A DNA stretch of 64,000 nt from an uncultured Chloroflexia bacterium (GTDB lineage: Bacteria > Chloroflexota > Chloroflexia > Thermomicrobiales > UBA6265): the NCBI GenBank assembly GCA_963741965.1, contig CAVUKC010000002.1, positions 440,488-504,487 of the forward strand, in the 5' to 3' direction. Position 1 is the stretch's first letter, and each line of letters opens with the position of its first letter. Positions 36,426 to 45,996 of this stretch are shown one piece after another. The notes beneath the pieces were generated by a model, which ran no database searches, was not told where the DNA came from, and saw only the letters and a program-made list of their open reading frames with translations. Both the position numbers and the translations under genes were made by a program.

Positions 36426-37133
36426 TCACGATTCGTGACCGAAGAGTCCCTCGAGGTGTCCCCGCTGGTTCCACGATGTCACGCGCGCGCCGCGGCTGTT
36501 CACCACGATCGTGGAGATACTGCAGTTTCCGACGAGATATGGGAAGAACGACGTGGCGGAATCGGATGCGAGCCGCGCCACGAACGAGCCGATCACGCCG
36601 CCGTGGGTCACCACGACCACGCGGCTGTCCGGATGGTCCGCGACGATCCGCTCCATGCCGGCGAAGATACGACCGACGAAGCCATTTCCGGATTCCCCGT
36701 TCGGCCATGTCTCATCCGGATGCGCTTCCCACTGGATCAGCGTCCGCAGGTGCGGGTGGGCTGCCAGCGCCTCGTGCTCGTTCCAGCCTTCGAGATCCCC
36801 GAAGCTGAATTCGGCGATGTCGTCCTCAACCTCTGGCAGCAGGCGGGTCCGCAGCGAGATCGGCGCGGCGGTCTGTCGCGTGCGCTGCAGCGGGCTGCTC
36901 ACGAGCGCATCGGGCTTCAGAGGCGAGATAACCTCCGCGGCGCGCTCCGCCTGCTGGTGACCGAGGTCGGTGAGGAGCACATCCTGCCGGCCGACGAGCA
37001 GACCGTCGATGTTCGCGGCGGTCTGGCCGTGGCGGACGATGATCAGCTCGGTCTCCGCCCTGTGAACAGGGTGGTGGAAGCGGTCGAAGCGCTGTCCCGT
37101 CGGATCAAGTCGCGTGCGTGGCGGCGTACTCAC
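36426..37133 (-). CDS. Histidine phosphatase family protein
   Basis: IVRHGQT, SSPLQR, VTHGG. Confidence 0.92.
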   Translation of the reverse strand: MSTPPRTRLDPTGQRFDRFHHPVHRAETELIIVRHGQTAANIDGLLVGRQDVLLTDLGHQQAERAAEVISPLKPDALVSSPLQRTRQTAAPISLRTRLLPEVEDDIAEFSFGDLEGWNEHEALAAHPHLRTLIQWEAHPDETWPNGESGNGFVGRIFAGMERIVADHPDSRVVVVTHGGVIGSFVARLASDSATSFFPYLVGNCSISTIVVNSRGARVTSWNQRGHLEGLFGHES

Positions 37134-37783
37134 AGTAGCTCCTGAGTGGGCAGATGTGGCATTTCGGGTTGCGGGCGGCGCAGATCGACCGGCCGTGGGC
37201 GATCATCTCGACGTGGAACCGGTAGGTGCGATCGGCGTCTCCCTGCATCATGCCCTCAAGTGTCGCATGCGCGCGCTCCGGATTGATCCGCTCGTCGATC
37301 AGGCCAAGCCGACGCGCCACGCGATAGACATGGGTATCGACCGGCATTGCCGGCCGACCGAGCGCGAACAGCAGCACGCATGCCGCCGTTTTCGGGCCCG
37401 ACACCATCGATCGAGACGAGCGCCTGCTTCGCGTCGTCCAGTGGCAGGTCTCGGAGCACATCGAGCGAGAACGAGCCGTAGCGGTCCTGGATCTCCGCCA
37501 GCGCCTCCTGAATTCGCGGCGCCTTGCGGTTCGCGAGCCCACCGGACCGGATCGCATCGATCACCTCGTCGGTGTCCGCGTCGACAACGGCGTCCCATGT
37601 CGGGAACCGCGCGCGCAGTGATGCGAAGGCGCGAGCGGTGTTGGTGTCGGAGGTGTTCTGGCTGAGGATCGTGCCGACGAGCTCGGCGACCGGATCGCCG
37701 TTGGGGGTCAGCTTCCGAGGACCATACGTGTCGTCGAGGATGCGCTCGATCTCGTCGAGGTGGGCGATCGCCGTGGTGACCAT
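37105..37783 (-). pseudogene. nth: Endonuclease III (HhH-GPD, 4Fe-4S), frameshifted near 37395 (likely indel artefact)
   Basis: ILSQNTSD...IDGVG in one frame; GPKTA, VDTHVYRV, C-x6-C-x2-C-x5-C in the next frame. Confidence 0.85.
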
Positions 37784-37794
37784 GGAACCCCTTC

Positions 37795-37824
37795 TTGCAC
37801 CGGACCCTCGCTGTTCGGTATACT
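37795..37824 (+). promoter_or_regulatory. Putative sigma70 promoter of the pyr operon
   Basis: TTGCAC-N18-TATACT directly upstream of the PyrR-like element. Confidence 0.6.
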
Positions 37825-37828
37825 TCGG

Positions 37829-37868
37829 CGGTTTAACCGCATTCTAGCGAGGTACGCGGCAAAACGGT
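37829..37868 (+). promoter_or_regulatory. PyrR-binding RNA element
   Basis: GTTTAA-CCGC-ATTCTAGCGAGGTAC-GCGG-CAAAAC resembles the UUUAA...ARUCCNGNGAGGYU consensus. Confidence 0.75.
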
Positions 37869-37905
37869 GATATCGATACCCACAACCATACATGCATCAG
37901 AGCCA

Positions 37906-37945
37906 GCGCCCTCGGGTCTCTTCGAGACCACGGGGGCGTTTTTTC
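37906..37945 (+). terminator. Attenuator terminator in the pyrC leader
   Basis: GCGCCCTCG-GGTCTC-TTC-GAGACC-A-CGGGGGCG followed by TTTTTT. Confidence 0.8.
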
Positions 37946-37979
37946 GGGATTCGGCATCCCACCGCAGGGAGGTGAGGCC

Positions 37980-39311
37980 ATGAGCGGGCGCACGGTGCTG
38001 CGTGGCGGCCATGTGATCGATCCGGCGAGCGGCATCGACGGTGTCGCCGACGTCGTCTTTGCCGATGGGCGGGTGGTCGAGGTCGCCGCGGAGGCGACCA
38101 TCGGGGAAGGCGACACGATCGTCGACGTGGCCGGCAAGCTGGTAACGCCGGCGTGGATCGACATGCACGTCCATCTGCGTGATCCAGGCTTCCCGGAGAA
38201 GGAGACGCTGGAGACCGGTGGCCAGGCAGCGGTCGCCGGCGGCTTCGGCACCGTCGCGTGCATGCCGAACACGAACCCGGCGCTCGACTCGCCGGACGTC
38301 ATCCGCGATCTCATCGAGCGCGCCGAGCGCGACTCGGCCAGCACCGTGCTGCCGATCGCGACGATCACGAGGGGCCGCACGGGCGGCGAGCCGGTGGACT
38401 TTGCGGCGCTGGTGGAGGCCGGTGCGATCGGCTTCTCGGACGACGGCGACACCACCGCCGACAGCGCGATCATGCGAGAGGCGCTGGAGGCGTCCGTCGC
38501 GCTCGGGGTGCCGGTGATCGTCCACTGCGAGGACAAGCCGCTCGCCAGCGGCGCGATGCACGAGGGCGAGGTTTCGCGGCGGCTCGGTATCGAAGGCATC
38601 CCCGCGGCTGCCGAGGAGATCATCATCGCCCGCGACCTGATGCTCGCTGAGCTGACCGGTGGCTGGCTCCACGTCTGCCATGTCAGCACCGCGCGTGGGA
38701 TCGAGCTGATCAGCGACGCGAAGGCACGCGGCGTGCGCGTGACCGCCGAGGTGATGCCGCACCACATCGTCATGAGTGACGAGTGGGTATGCGGAACTCG
38801 CGATCTGCACAATACGACCGCACCGGCGGGCGAGCCGCTGGAGCCGGCCCACGGCTACACCAAGGTGAACCCGCCGCTGCGCCCGGTGGCAGATACCATC
38901 GGGCTGCTCAACGCGGTGAAGCAGGGCAGGTTCGATATCTTCGCGACGGACCACGCGCCGCACGCCGACCCGGAGAAGCTCGACGTGCCCTACGAGAAGG
39001 TCGCGTTCGGCATGAGCGGTCTTGAGTTCGCCTTCCCGGCGACGTGGGAGCTGGTGCGTGCCGGCCACATCACCGGCAGCGAGCTGGTCCGGTTATGGAC
39101 CAGCGCACCGGCGGAGATCTTCGGGCTGGAGCGCGGCTCGCTCGCGCCCGGTGCCGTGGCTGACATTACCGTGTGGGATCCGGATGTCGAGTGGACCGTC
39201 AATCGCGATACCATACGGAGCAAGAGTGCCAACACCCCGCTGATCGGCATGACGCTCCGAGGCCGCGCTGAGCGCACATTCATCGATGGAGAGGAGACGT
39301 ACCGTGCCTGA
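37980..39311 (+). CDS. pyrC: Dihydroorotase
   Basis: DMHVHLRDPG, MPNT, HCED, KVNPPLR, ATDHAPH. Confidence 0.96.
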   Translation: MSGRTVLRGGHVIDPASGIDGVADVVFADGRVVEVAAEATIGEGDTIVDVAGKLVTPAWIDMHVHLRDPGFPEKETLETGGQAAVAGGFGTVACMPNTNPALDSPDVIRDLIERAERDSASTVLPIATITRGRTGGEPVDFAALVEAGAIGFSDDGDTTADSAIMREALEASVALGVPVIVHCEDKPLASGAMHEGEVSRRLGIEGIPAAAEEIIIARDLMLAELTGGWLHVCHVSTARGIELISDAKARGVRVTAEVMPHHIVMSDEWVCGTRDLHNTTAPAGEPLEPAHGYTKVNPPLRPVADTIGLLNAVKQGRFDIFATDHAPHADPEKLDVPYEKVAFGMSGLEFAFPATWELVRAGHITGSELVRLWTSAPAEIFGLERGSLAPGAVADITVWDPDVEWTVNRDTIRSKSANTPLIGMTLRGRAERTFIDGEETYRA

Positions 39312-40437
39312 TCGCTATCATCCACCCCACGACGCCGCCCTGGCGCTGGCGGACGGACGTGTCTTCCGCGGCAACGGCTTCGGCGCTGATACCGACGCCA
39401 GTGGCGAGGCGGTGTTCACCACCACCATGACCGGCTACCAGGAAGTCTGCACCGACCCGTCCTTCCGCGGGCAGATCGTCTGCATGACCTACCCGCTCAT
39501 CGGGAACTACGGTGTCAATAGTGAGGACGACGAGTCCCGCCAGCCGTGGATCGCCGGGCTCGTGGTGCGGGAGGCCGCCGACCACCCTTCCAACTGGCGC
39601 TCGAAGGGGTCGATCGACGCCTACCTGCGTGAGGCCGGCATCCCCGGCATCTCTGGAGTTGACACCCGCGCGCTGACGCGGCACATCCGGTCGGTCGGCG
39701 ACACCCGTGCGGTGCTTGTTCACCACGCAGAGGACCTCAGCGACGCGGATCTGGTCGAGCGGGCGCGCAGCGCGAAGATTCCCGGCGAGCAGGACGTCGT
39801 CGGCGAGGTCGAGGGGCGAGAGCGCGAGACCTATGGACAGGGCAACGGCCCGCACATCGTGCTGATCGACCTCGGCGTCAAGCGCAACATCATCCGATCG
39901 CTGGTCAAGCGCGGCGCCCGCGTTACGGTGGTGCCGTACGGCACCACGTACGACGAGGTCGAGGCGCTGAAGCCGGACGGCGTAGTGCTCTCACCCGGGC
40001 CCGGCGACCCGGCCAATCTGGACGCTGGTCTGGACGTGGTGCAGCACCTGCTGGAGGACCAGCGGCCGTACTTCGGCATCTGCCTCGGGCACCAGCTGCT
40101 GGCTCGCGCGATCGGCGCGCAGACCTCCAAGCTCAAGTTCGGGCACCGTGGCGGCAATCACCCGGTCATCGACGAGGAGAGTGGCCGCGTCTCGATTACG
40201 GCGCAGAACCACGGCTACGTTGTGGATGGCGCGTCGTTCCCCGAGGGCGGGGGATGGCGGGTCGCGCTACGCAACCTCAACGACAACTCGGTCGAGGGCA
40301 TCCGGCACAAGGAGCTGCCTGTGCTCTCCGTGCAGTTCCATCCCGAGGCCTCGCCGGGCCCGGAGGACAACGGCTACCTCTTTGACCGTTTCCTGGAGAT
40401 GGTCGAGAGGCGGCCGCAGACGGTAACCACGGCATAA
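39304..40437 (+). CDS. carA: Carbamoyl-phosphate synthase small subunit
   Basis: TGYQE, TDPS, GICLGHQ, QFHPEASPGP. Confidence 0.98.
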   Translation: MPDRYHPPHDAALALADGRVFRGNGFGADTDASGEAVFTTTMTGYQEVCTDPSFRGQIVCMTYPLIGNYGVNSEDDESRQPWIAGLVVREAADHPSNWRSKGSIDAYLREAGIPGISGVDTRALTRHIRSVGDTRAVLVHHAEDLSDADLVERARSAKIPGEQDVVGEVEGRERETYGQGNGPHIVLIDLGVKRNIIRSLVKRGARVTVVPYGTTYDEVEALKPDGVVLSPGPGDPANLDAGLDVVQHLLEDQRPYFGICLGHQLLARAIGAQTSKLKFGHRGGNHPVIDEESGRVSITAQNHGYVVDGASFPEGGGWRVALRNLNDNSVEGIRHKELPVLSVQFHPEASPGPEDNGYLFDRFLEMVERRPQTVTTA

Positions 40438-40438
40438 C

Positions 40439-40564
40439 GTAGGGGCGGCCCGCTGTGGCCGCCCGGTGGTCGCATGGCGACCACATCTGTAGCGACCGGC
40501 CTCGTGTCGGTCCGGAGGTTGCCGCCCTGCGGGCGGCCGGGCTGGGACAGAGCCCAGCCCCTAC
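40439..40564. repeat. Composite GTAG-REP cluster (two forward copies, one inverted) between carA and carB
   Basis: GTAG+8-bp hairpins at 40439-40464 and 40489-40513; inverted copy at 40539-40564 ending in CTAC. Confidence 0.7.
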
Positions 40565-40630
40565 GAACGAGGGCACGGCGCCTCGGTTGCGACCAGGGTT
40601 CGAACCAGACGAAGGGGAAACATCGGGAAC

Positions 40631-43600
40631 ATGAAGACACCGGAAAGCGTGTTGGTCATCGGGTCTGGCCCGATCGTCATCGGCCAGGCAGCGGAGTTCG
40701 ACTATGCAGGGACGCAGGCGTGCCGCGCGCTGCGCGAGGAGGGCATCCGTACTATCCTCGTGAACTCCAACCCGGCGACGATCATGACCGATGAGGACGT
40801 CGCCGACGCCGTCTACATCGAGCCACTGACGCCGGAGGTGATCCGGCGGATCATCCAGCGGGAGCGCCCGGAGGGGCTGCTGCCGACCATCGGCGGGCAG
40901 ACCGGCCTCAACCTCGCGGTCAAGGTCGCCGAGCTGGGCATCCTCGACGAGTACGGGGTGCGCATGCTCGGCACGCCGGTCGAGTCGATTCAGATGGCCG
41001 AGGACCGATCCAAGTTCAAGGAGCTGCTGGAGCGGATCGGCGAGCCCGCCATTCCGGGCCAGATCGTGCACTCGGTCGCCGAGGCGATGGAGTTCGCGAA
41101 GGAAGTTCCGCTGCCGATGGTGATCCGGCCGGCGTACACGCTGGGCGGTACGGGCGGCGGCGTCGCCCACACGATGGAGGAGCTGGAGCAGTACGTCCGC
41201 TCCGGCATCGGCGCCAGCCCGATCGGTCAGGTGCTGCTGGAGCGCTCGCTGCTCGGCTGGAAGGAGATCGAGTACGAGGTGATGCGCGACGGCGCGGACA
41301 CCTGCATCACGATCTGCAACATGGAGAACATCGACCCGATGGGCGTCCACACGGGCGACAGCATCGTGGTGGCGCCATCGCAGACGCTCTCCGACAAGGA
41401 GTATCAGCTGCTCCGGACCTCATCGCTCAAGATCATTCGCGAGCTCAAGATCGAGGGCGGCTGCAACGTCCAGCTCACCATCGACCCGAACTCGATGGAC
41501 TACGGCGTGATCGAGGTCAACCCTCGTGTGAGCCGCTCGTCGGCGCTGGCGTCAAAAGCGACCGGCTACCCGATCGCCAGGCTCAGCGCCAAGATCGCGA
41601 TCGGCAAGCGGCTGGACGAGATGCTGAACGTGGTCACCGGCAAGACGACGGCGGCGTTCGAGCCCGCGCTCGACTACGTGGTCGCCAAGATCCCCAGGTG
41701 GCCGTTCGACAAGTTCCCGCGCGCCGACCGCACGATCAGCACGCAGATGAAGGCCACCGGCGAGGTGATGGCGATCGACCGCTCCTTCGAGGGCGCGATC
41801 CAGAAGGCGGTCCGCTCGCTGGAGACCACCGGCAAGGACCTCGCCTGGGAGGATCCGACCTGGGGCGACAACCCGGAGAAAATCCACGAGCTGATCCAGC
41901 GGCCGAACGATCTGCGTCTCTGGGCGATCATGGCGGCGCTGCGGCGCGGTGTCCGCCCGGAGCAGATTCACGACCTCAGCAAGATCGACATGTGGTTCCT
42001 GTGGAAGCTCGAGCGTCTCGTCGATATGGAGCGCTGCCTCTCCAGCGAGGAGATGACCGACGAGACGCTCTGGGAGGCGAAGCGCGCCGGCTTCTCGGAC
42101 GTGCAGATCGCCAACCTCGCCGGTATTTCCGCCACCGATGTGCGCGACCGCCGGCGCCGGCTCAACATGACGCCGGTCTACAAGATGGTCGACACGTGCG
42201 CCGGCGAGTTCGAGGCGGCGACGCCGTACTTCTACTCGACCTACGAGGACGAGGACGAGGCCGCGCCGATGACGGGCAAGCGCGCGATGGTCGTCGGTTC
42301 CGGTCCGATCCGCATCGGGCAGGGTATCGAGTTCGACTACTGCTCCGTGCAGGCGGCGATGGCGCTGCGCGAGGCGGGCGTGCAGTCGATCATGGTCAAC
42401 TCCAACCCGGAGACCGTCTCGACCGACTTTGACGCTTCCGACCGGCTCTACTTCGAGCCGCTGGACCGCGAGAGCGTCGAGGAGATCCTCTACCACGAGT
42501 CGGAAGGCAAGGTGGAGGACTACCCGCCGCTGGTGCTGCAGTTCGGTGGACAGACGGCGATCAACCTCGCCGAGCCCCTGAGTGACGCGGGCGCGACGAT
42601 CTGGGGCAGCTCGGTCGACACGATCGACCTCGCCGAGGACCGGGAGCGCTTCGAAGCGTTCCTCCGCAAGCTGGAGATCCCGCAGCCGCATGGCGCGACG
42701 GTCACCTCGCTGCACGACGCGGAGCGGGTCGCGGCGCAGATCGGCTATCCGGTGCTCGTCCGGCCGTCCTACGTGCTCGGTGGTCGCGCCATGGAGGTCG
42801 TCTATGGTGCCGACCAGCTGGCGAGATACATCCGCAACCAGGCATCGCTCACGCCGGAGCATCCCGTCCTGGTTGACAAGTACCTGCTTGGCAAGGAGGT
42901 CGAGGTCGACGCGATCTGCGACGGTACCGACGTCCTTATCCCCGGCATCATGGAGCACATCGAGCGCGCCGGCGTGCACTCCGGTGACTCCTTCGCCGTC
43001 TATCCAGGCGTCAATCTCTTCCCGGCCGAGGTCGAGACGATCGTCGACTACACCACCCGCATCGCGCGCGGGCTCAACGCGCGCGGGCTCATCAACATCC
43101 AGTACGTGATTCACGGCGGGCGTCTGTTCGTGCTCGAGGTCAACCCGCGGTCGAGCCGCACGGTGCCGTTCCTCAGCAAGGCGACCGGCGTGCCGATGGT
43201 GCGTCTGGCGACGAACATCATGCTCGGCAAGACGTTGAGGGAGCAGGGGTACGATGGCGGTCTCTGGCCACGGCAGCCGCTGACGGCGGTGAAGGCGCCG
43301 GTCTTCTCGATGGCGAAGCTGCGCGGCGTGGACACGCACCTTGGCCCCGAGATGAAGTCGACCGGAGAGGTGATGGGGATCGACCGCTCATTCGACGCGG
43401 CGTTCTTCAAGGCGCTCATCTCGGCGGGCCTCTCCCTGCCGCCGCGCGGCTCGATCCTCCTCACCATCGCCGATGAGGACAAGAGTGACGCGCTCGACAT
43501 GATCGAGTCGCTCACGCGCATGGGGTACAAGCTGTACGCGACCGAGGGTACGGCGGCGATGATCGAGCGGGCTGGCATGCCGGTGCAGATGGTGACCAAG

Positions 43601-43858
43601 CGCATCGGGCACGGCTCCCCGGACATGCTGGACGTGATCCGGGACGGCATCGTGGATGGTGTCATCAACACGCCCGGTCCGGCGGACAAGGAGATTCTGG
43701 ACGGCCTCGAGATTCGGCGCGCGGCAGTGGAGCGCGGCATCCCATGCATCACGTCGCTGGACACCGCCAAGACCGTGGTCGCGGCGATGGAGCGCTCTGG
43801 CGAAAGCTTTACGGTCGAGCCGATCGACTCCTACCGCAGGCCGGCGTTCGGGTACTAG
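40631..43858 (+). CDS. carB: Carbamoyl-phosphate synthase large subunit
   Basis: GSGPIVIGQAAEFDY, duplicated ATP-grasp halves, C-terminal MGS domain. Confidence 0.99.
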   Translation: MKTPESVLVIGSGPIVIGQAAEFDYAGTQACRALREEGIRTILVNSNPATIMTDEDVADAVYIEPLTPEVIRRIIQRERPEGLLPTIGGQTGLNLAVKVAELGILDEYGVRMLGTPVESIQMAEDRSKFKELLERIGEPAIPGQIVHSVAEAMEFAKEVPLPMVIRPAYTLGGTGGGVAHTMEELEQYVRSGIGASPIGQVLLERSLLGWKEIEYEVMRDGADTCITICNMENIDPMGVHTGDSIVVAPSQTLSDKEYQLLRTSSLKIIRELKIEGGCNVQLTIDPNSMDYGVIEVNPRVSRSSALASKATGYPIARLSAKIAIGKRLDEMLNVVTGKTTAAFEPALDYVVAKIPRWPFDKFPRADRTISTQMKATGEVMAIDRSFEGAIQKAVRSLETTGKDLAWEDPTWGDNPEKIHELIQRPNDLRLWAIMAALRRGVRPEQIHDLSKIDMWFLWKLERLVDMERCLSSEEMTDETLWEAKRAGFSDVQIANLAGISATDVRDRRRRLNMTPVYKMVDTCAGEFEAATPYFYSTYEDEDEAAPMTGKRAMVVGSGPIRIGQGIEFDYCSVQAAMALREAGVQSIMVNSNPETVSTDFDASDRLYFEPLDRESVEEILYHESEGKVEDYPPLVLQFGGQTAINLAEPLSDAGATIWGSSVDTIDLAEDRERFEAFLRKLEIPQPHGATVTSLHDAERVAAQIGYPVLVRPSYVLGGRAMEVVYGADQLARYIRNQASLTPEHPVLVDKYLLGKEVEVDAICDGTDVLIPGIMEHIERAGVHSGDSFAVYPGVNLFPAEVETIVDYTTRIARGLNARGLINIQYVIHGGRLFVLEVNPRSSRTVPFLSKATGVPMVRLATNIMLGKTLREQGYDGGLWPRQPLTAVKAPVFSMAKLRGVDTHLGPEMKSTGEVMGIDRSFDAAFFKALISAGLSLPPRGSILLTIADEDKSDALDMIESLTRMGYKLYATEGTAAMIERAGMPVQMVTKRIGHGSPDMLDVIRDGIVDGVINTPGPADKEILDGLEIRRAAVERGIPCITSLDTAKTVVAAMERSGESFTVEPIDSYRRPAFGY

Positions 43859-43879
43859 ACCCAATGTCGGGGATGGGGA

Positions 43880-44063
43880 CGGAGGGGCGGGTTCCGCTGA
43901 GTATCCGCCCAGTGGTTACGAAGCGGCCACATCTGGTGGGTCCGTCCCAAGCCTGCCTTGAGCGCAGTCGAATCGGCGGGCGGGGAATTCCGCGGGCACA
44001 GGACCCGGGGCTACAGGGTGCCGTCCTGCGGACGGATGGGCTGGCACAGAGGCCAGACCCTGC
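43880..44063. repeat. Diverged homolog of the carA-carB composite element, between carB and pyrK
   Basis: Shares AGGGGCGG...CCGCCC-GTGGT...CCACATCTG and TGCCG.CCTGCGG.CGG..GGGCTGG.ACAGAG.CCAG.CCCT blocks with 40439-40564. Confidence 0.7.
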
Positions 44064-44102
44064 AACAGCGCCGTGGGACACGCAAGAATGCAAGGGGCAG
44101 GC

Positions 44103-44909
44103 ATGACGGCAGGGCAGGCGACGAAGCTGGAATTCACCGGTGAGATCATCCGGGTGGAGCCTGTGATGGGTGACTCGGTGCTGACGACTTTCGTCGCGCC
44201 CGAGTGGGCGGCATCTGCTGCCAAAGCCGGGCAGTTCGTGCAGGTTCTCAGCCGCGATCCCCGCTCCACCGATCCTCTCCTGCGTCGCCCGTACTCTGTC
44301 TACCGCGCCGATCCCGTAGCCGGGACGATGACTGTGCTGGTCCGGCCCTATGGCCGCGGCAGCGCGTGGTTGTGCGAGCAGGAAGAGGGCACGCCGCTGG
44401 ACGTGATGGGCCCGCTCGGCAAGCCCTTCGAAGTCCGTCCCAAGTCAACGCACCTGCTCATGGTCGCCGGTGGCGTCGGTGCCGCGCCGCTGCTGATGCT
44501 GGCCGAGGAGGCCGTGCGTGACGGTCGGCAGGTAACCTACCTGCTCGGCGCCCAGAACGAGCTCGGGCTTTTGCCCGCGAGCGAGCTGCCGGATGAGGTC
44601 GAGTACGTTGTCGCGACGATCGACGGCAGCCGTGGGCACCAGGGGTTCGTTACCGACCTGGTGCCGGAGTACCTTGGCTGGGCGGACCAGGTGTTCAGCT
44701 GCGGACCCGAGCCGATGTTCCGCTCGCTGCGCCAGGTGGTACACAAGAACCGTCTCGGCGATCGGCCGGATGTACAGATGGCCGTCGAGCGCCCAATGGC
44801 GTGCGGCATCGGCGCCTGCCTCGGCTGCGTGGTCGAGACCCGGCACGGCATGAAGACGGCGTGCGTGGATGGCCCTGCGTTCGACATGGATGAGCTGCTA
44901 TGGGGATGA
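44103..44909 (+). CDS. pyrK: Dihydroorotate dehydrogenase electron transfer subunit
   Basis: LLRRPYS, GPLG, GGVGAAPL, MACGIGACLGC...C. Confidence 0.95.
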   Translation: MTAGQATKLEFTGEIIRVEPVMGDSVLTTFVAPEWAASAAKAGQFVQVLSRDPRSTDPLLRRPYSVYRADPVAGTMTVLVRPYGRGSAWLCEQEEGTPLDVMGPLGKPFEVRPKSTHLLMVAGGVGAAPLLMLAEEAVRDGRQVTYLLGAQNELGLLPASELPDEVEYVVATIDGSRGHQGFVTDLVPEYLGWADQVFSCGPEPMFRSLRQVVHKNRLGDRPDVQMAVERPMACGIGACLGCVVETRHGMKTACVDGPAFDMDELLWG

Positions 44910-45910
44910 CGATCTCACCCGATGTCACGGTCGACCTCGCGCCCAGCAACCCGCGCGAGCTGGTGCTCCGCAACCCGGTGATCCCGGCCTCCGGCTGCTT
45001 CGGCTACGGCCAGGAGTTCGCCGGCGCCATCGACGTGCAGCGGCTCGGCGCCTTCGTCAGCAAGGGCATCACGCCGAAGTCGCGCTCGGGCAACCCCATG
45101 CTGCGCATCGCCGAGACGCCGTCCGGCATGCTCAACGCGATCGGCCTGCAGAACCCCGGTATCTCGGGGTTCATTCGCAAGTACCCGCCAATCTGGGAGT
45201 CGTGGCGGGTGCCGGCGATCGTCAACATCTCCGCCGAGAGCGTCGAGGACTTCGAGATGATGGCGCGCCGGCTGGACGACGTCCCCGGCGTCGCCGCGAT
45301 CGAGGTCAACATCTCCTGCCCGAACATCAACGCTGGGGGCTTCTGCTTCGGCTGGGACGCCTACATGTCCGCCGAGGTGACGCGGGCGGTGCGGCGTGCG
45401 ACAACGCTGCCGATGATCGTCAAGCTCAGCCCGGGCGCGATCGACGTGGTCGAGATCGCACTCGCGGTCGAGGAGGCCGGCGCGGACGCCGTGTCGCTGA
45501 TCAACACGCTGGTGGGCATGGCGATCGATGTCGATCAGCGGCAGCCGGTGCTGGCGAACATCACCGGTGGCCTGTCAGGCCCGGCGGTGCGGCCGGTCGC
45601 CGTGCGCATGGTCTACCAGGTCGCGGGCGCGGTGGGGATCCCGGTGATCGGGCTCGGCGGCATTGCCAGCGTCCGGGACGCGATCGAGTTCTTCATGGCG
45701 GGGGCCAGTGCGATCCAGGTCGGGACGGCGGCGTTCGCGCAGCCGAAGGTGCTCATGGAGCTGGTCGAAGGCATCCCCGAGTGGCTCGCGCGGCATGGAC
45801 ACAGCTCGCTGGCGGACATCGTGGGCGTCGCCAACCCGCGCTACCGGGCAGCCCGCGAGCGCCGCGGGGCGGCTGGTCAGCTCGTCAGCGAGGGCGAGTT
45901 CACCTCCTGA
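44906..45910 (+). CDS. pyrD: Dihydroorotate dehydrogenase class 1B
   Basis: ASGCFG, NAIGLQNPG, NISCPN, KLSP, GGLSGPA; ATGA overlap with pyrK. Confidence 0.96.
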   Translation: MTISPDVTVDLAPSNPRELVLRNPVIPASGCFGYGQEFAGAIDVQRLGAFVSKGITPKSRSGNPMLRIAETPSGMLNAIGLQNPGISGFIRKYPPIWESWRVPAIVNISAESVEDFEMMARRLDDVPGVAAIEVNISCPNINAGGFCFGWDAYMSAEVTRAVRRATTLPMIVKLSPGAIDVVEIALAVEEAGADAVSLINTLVGMAIDVDQRQPVLANITGGLSGPAVRPVAVRMVYQVAGAVGIPVIGLGGIASVRDAIEFFMAGASAIQVGTAAFAQPKVLMELVEGIPEWLARHGHSSLADIVGVANPRYRAARERRGAAGQLVSEGEFTS

Positions 45911-45996
45911 ACGCAAGGTGGTGGAATGCCGCTTGCTCTCCGGGGCATCATGACGTCATGTGATGTCAATCGCGAAGTACGGGGTGACGGGGTGCG

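Noticed and set aside
40439-40564. Repeats considered as a mini CRISPR array or extra PyrR sites
   Set aside because: Units are non-identical, partly inverted and irregularly spaced; no cas genes; no UUUAA/GAGG consensus
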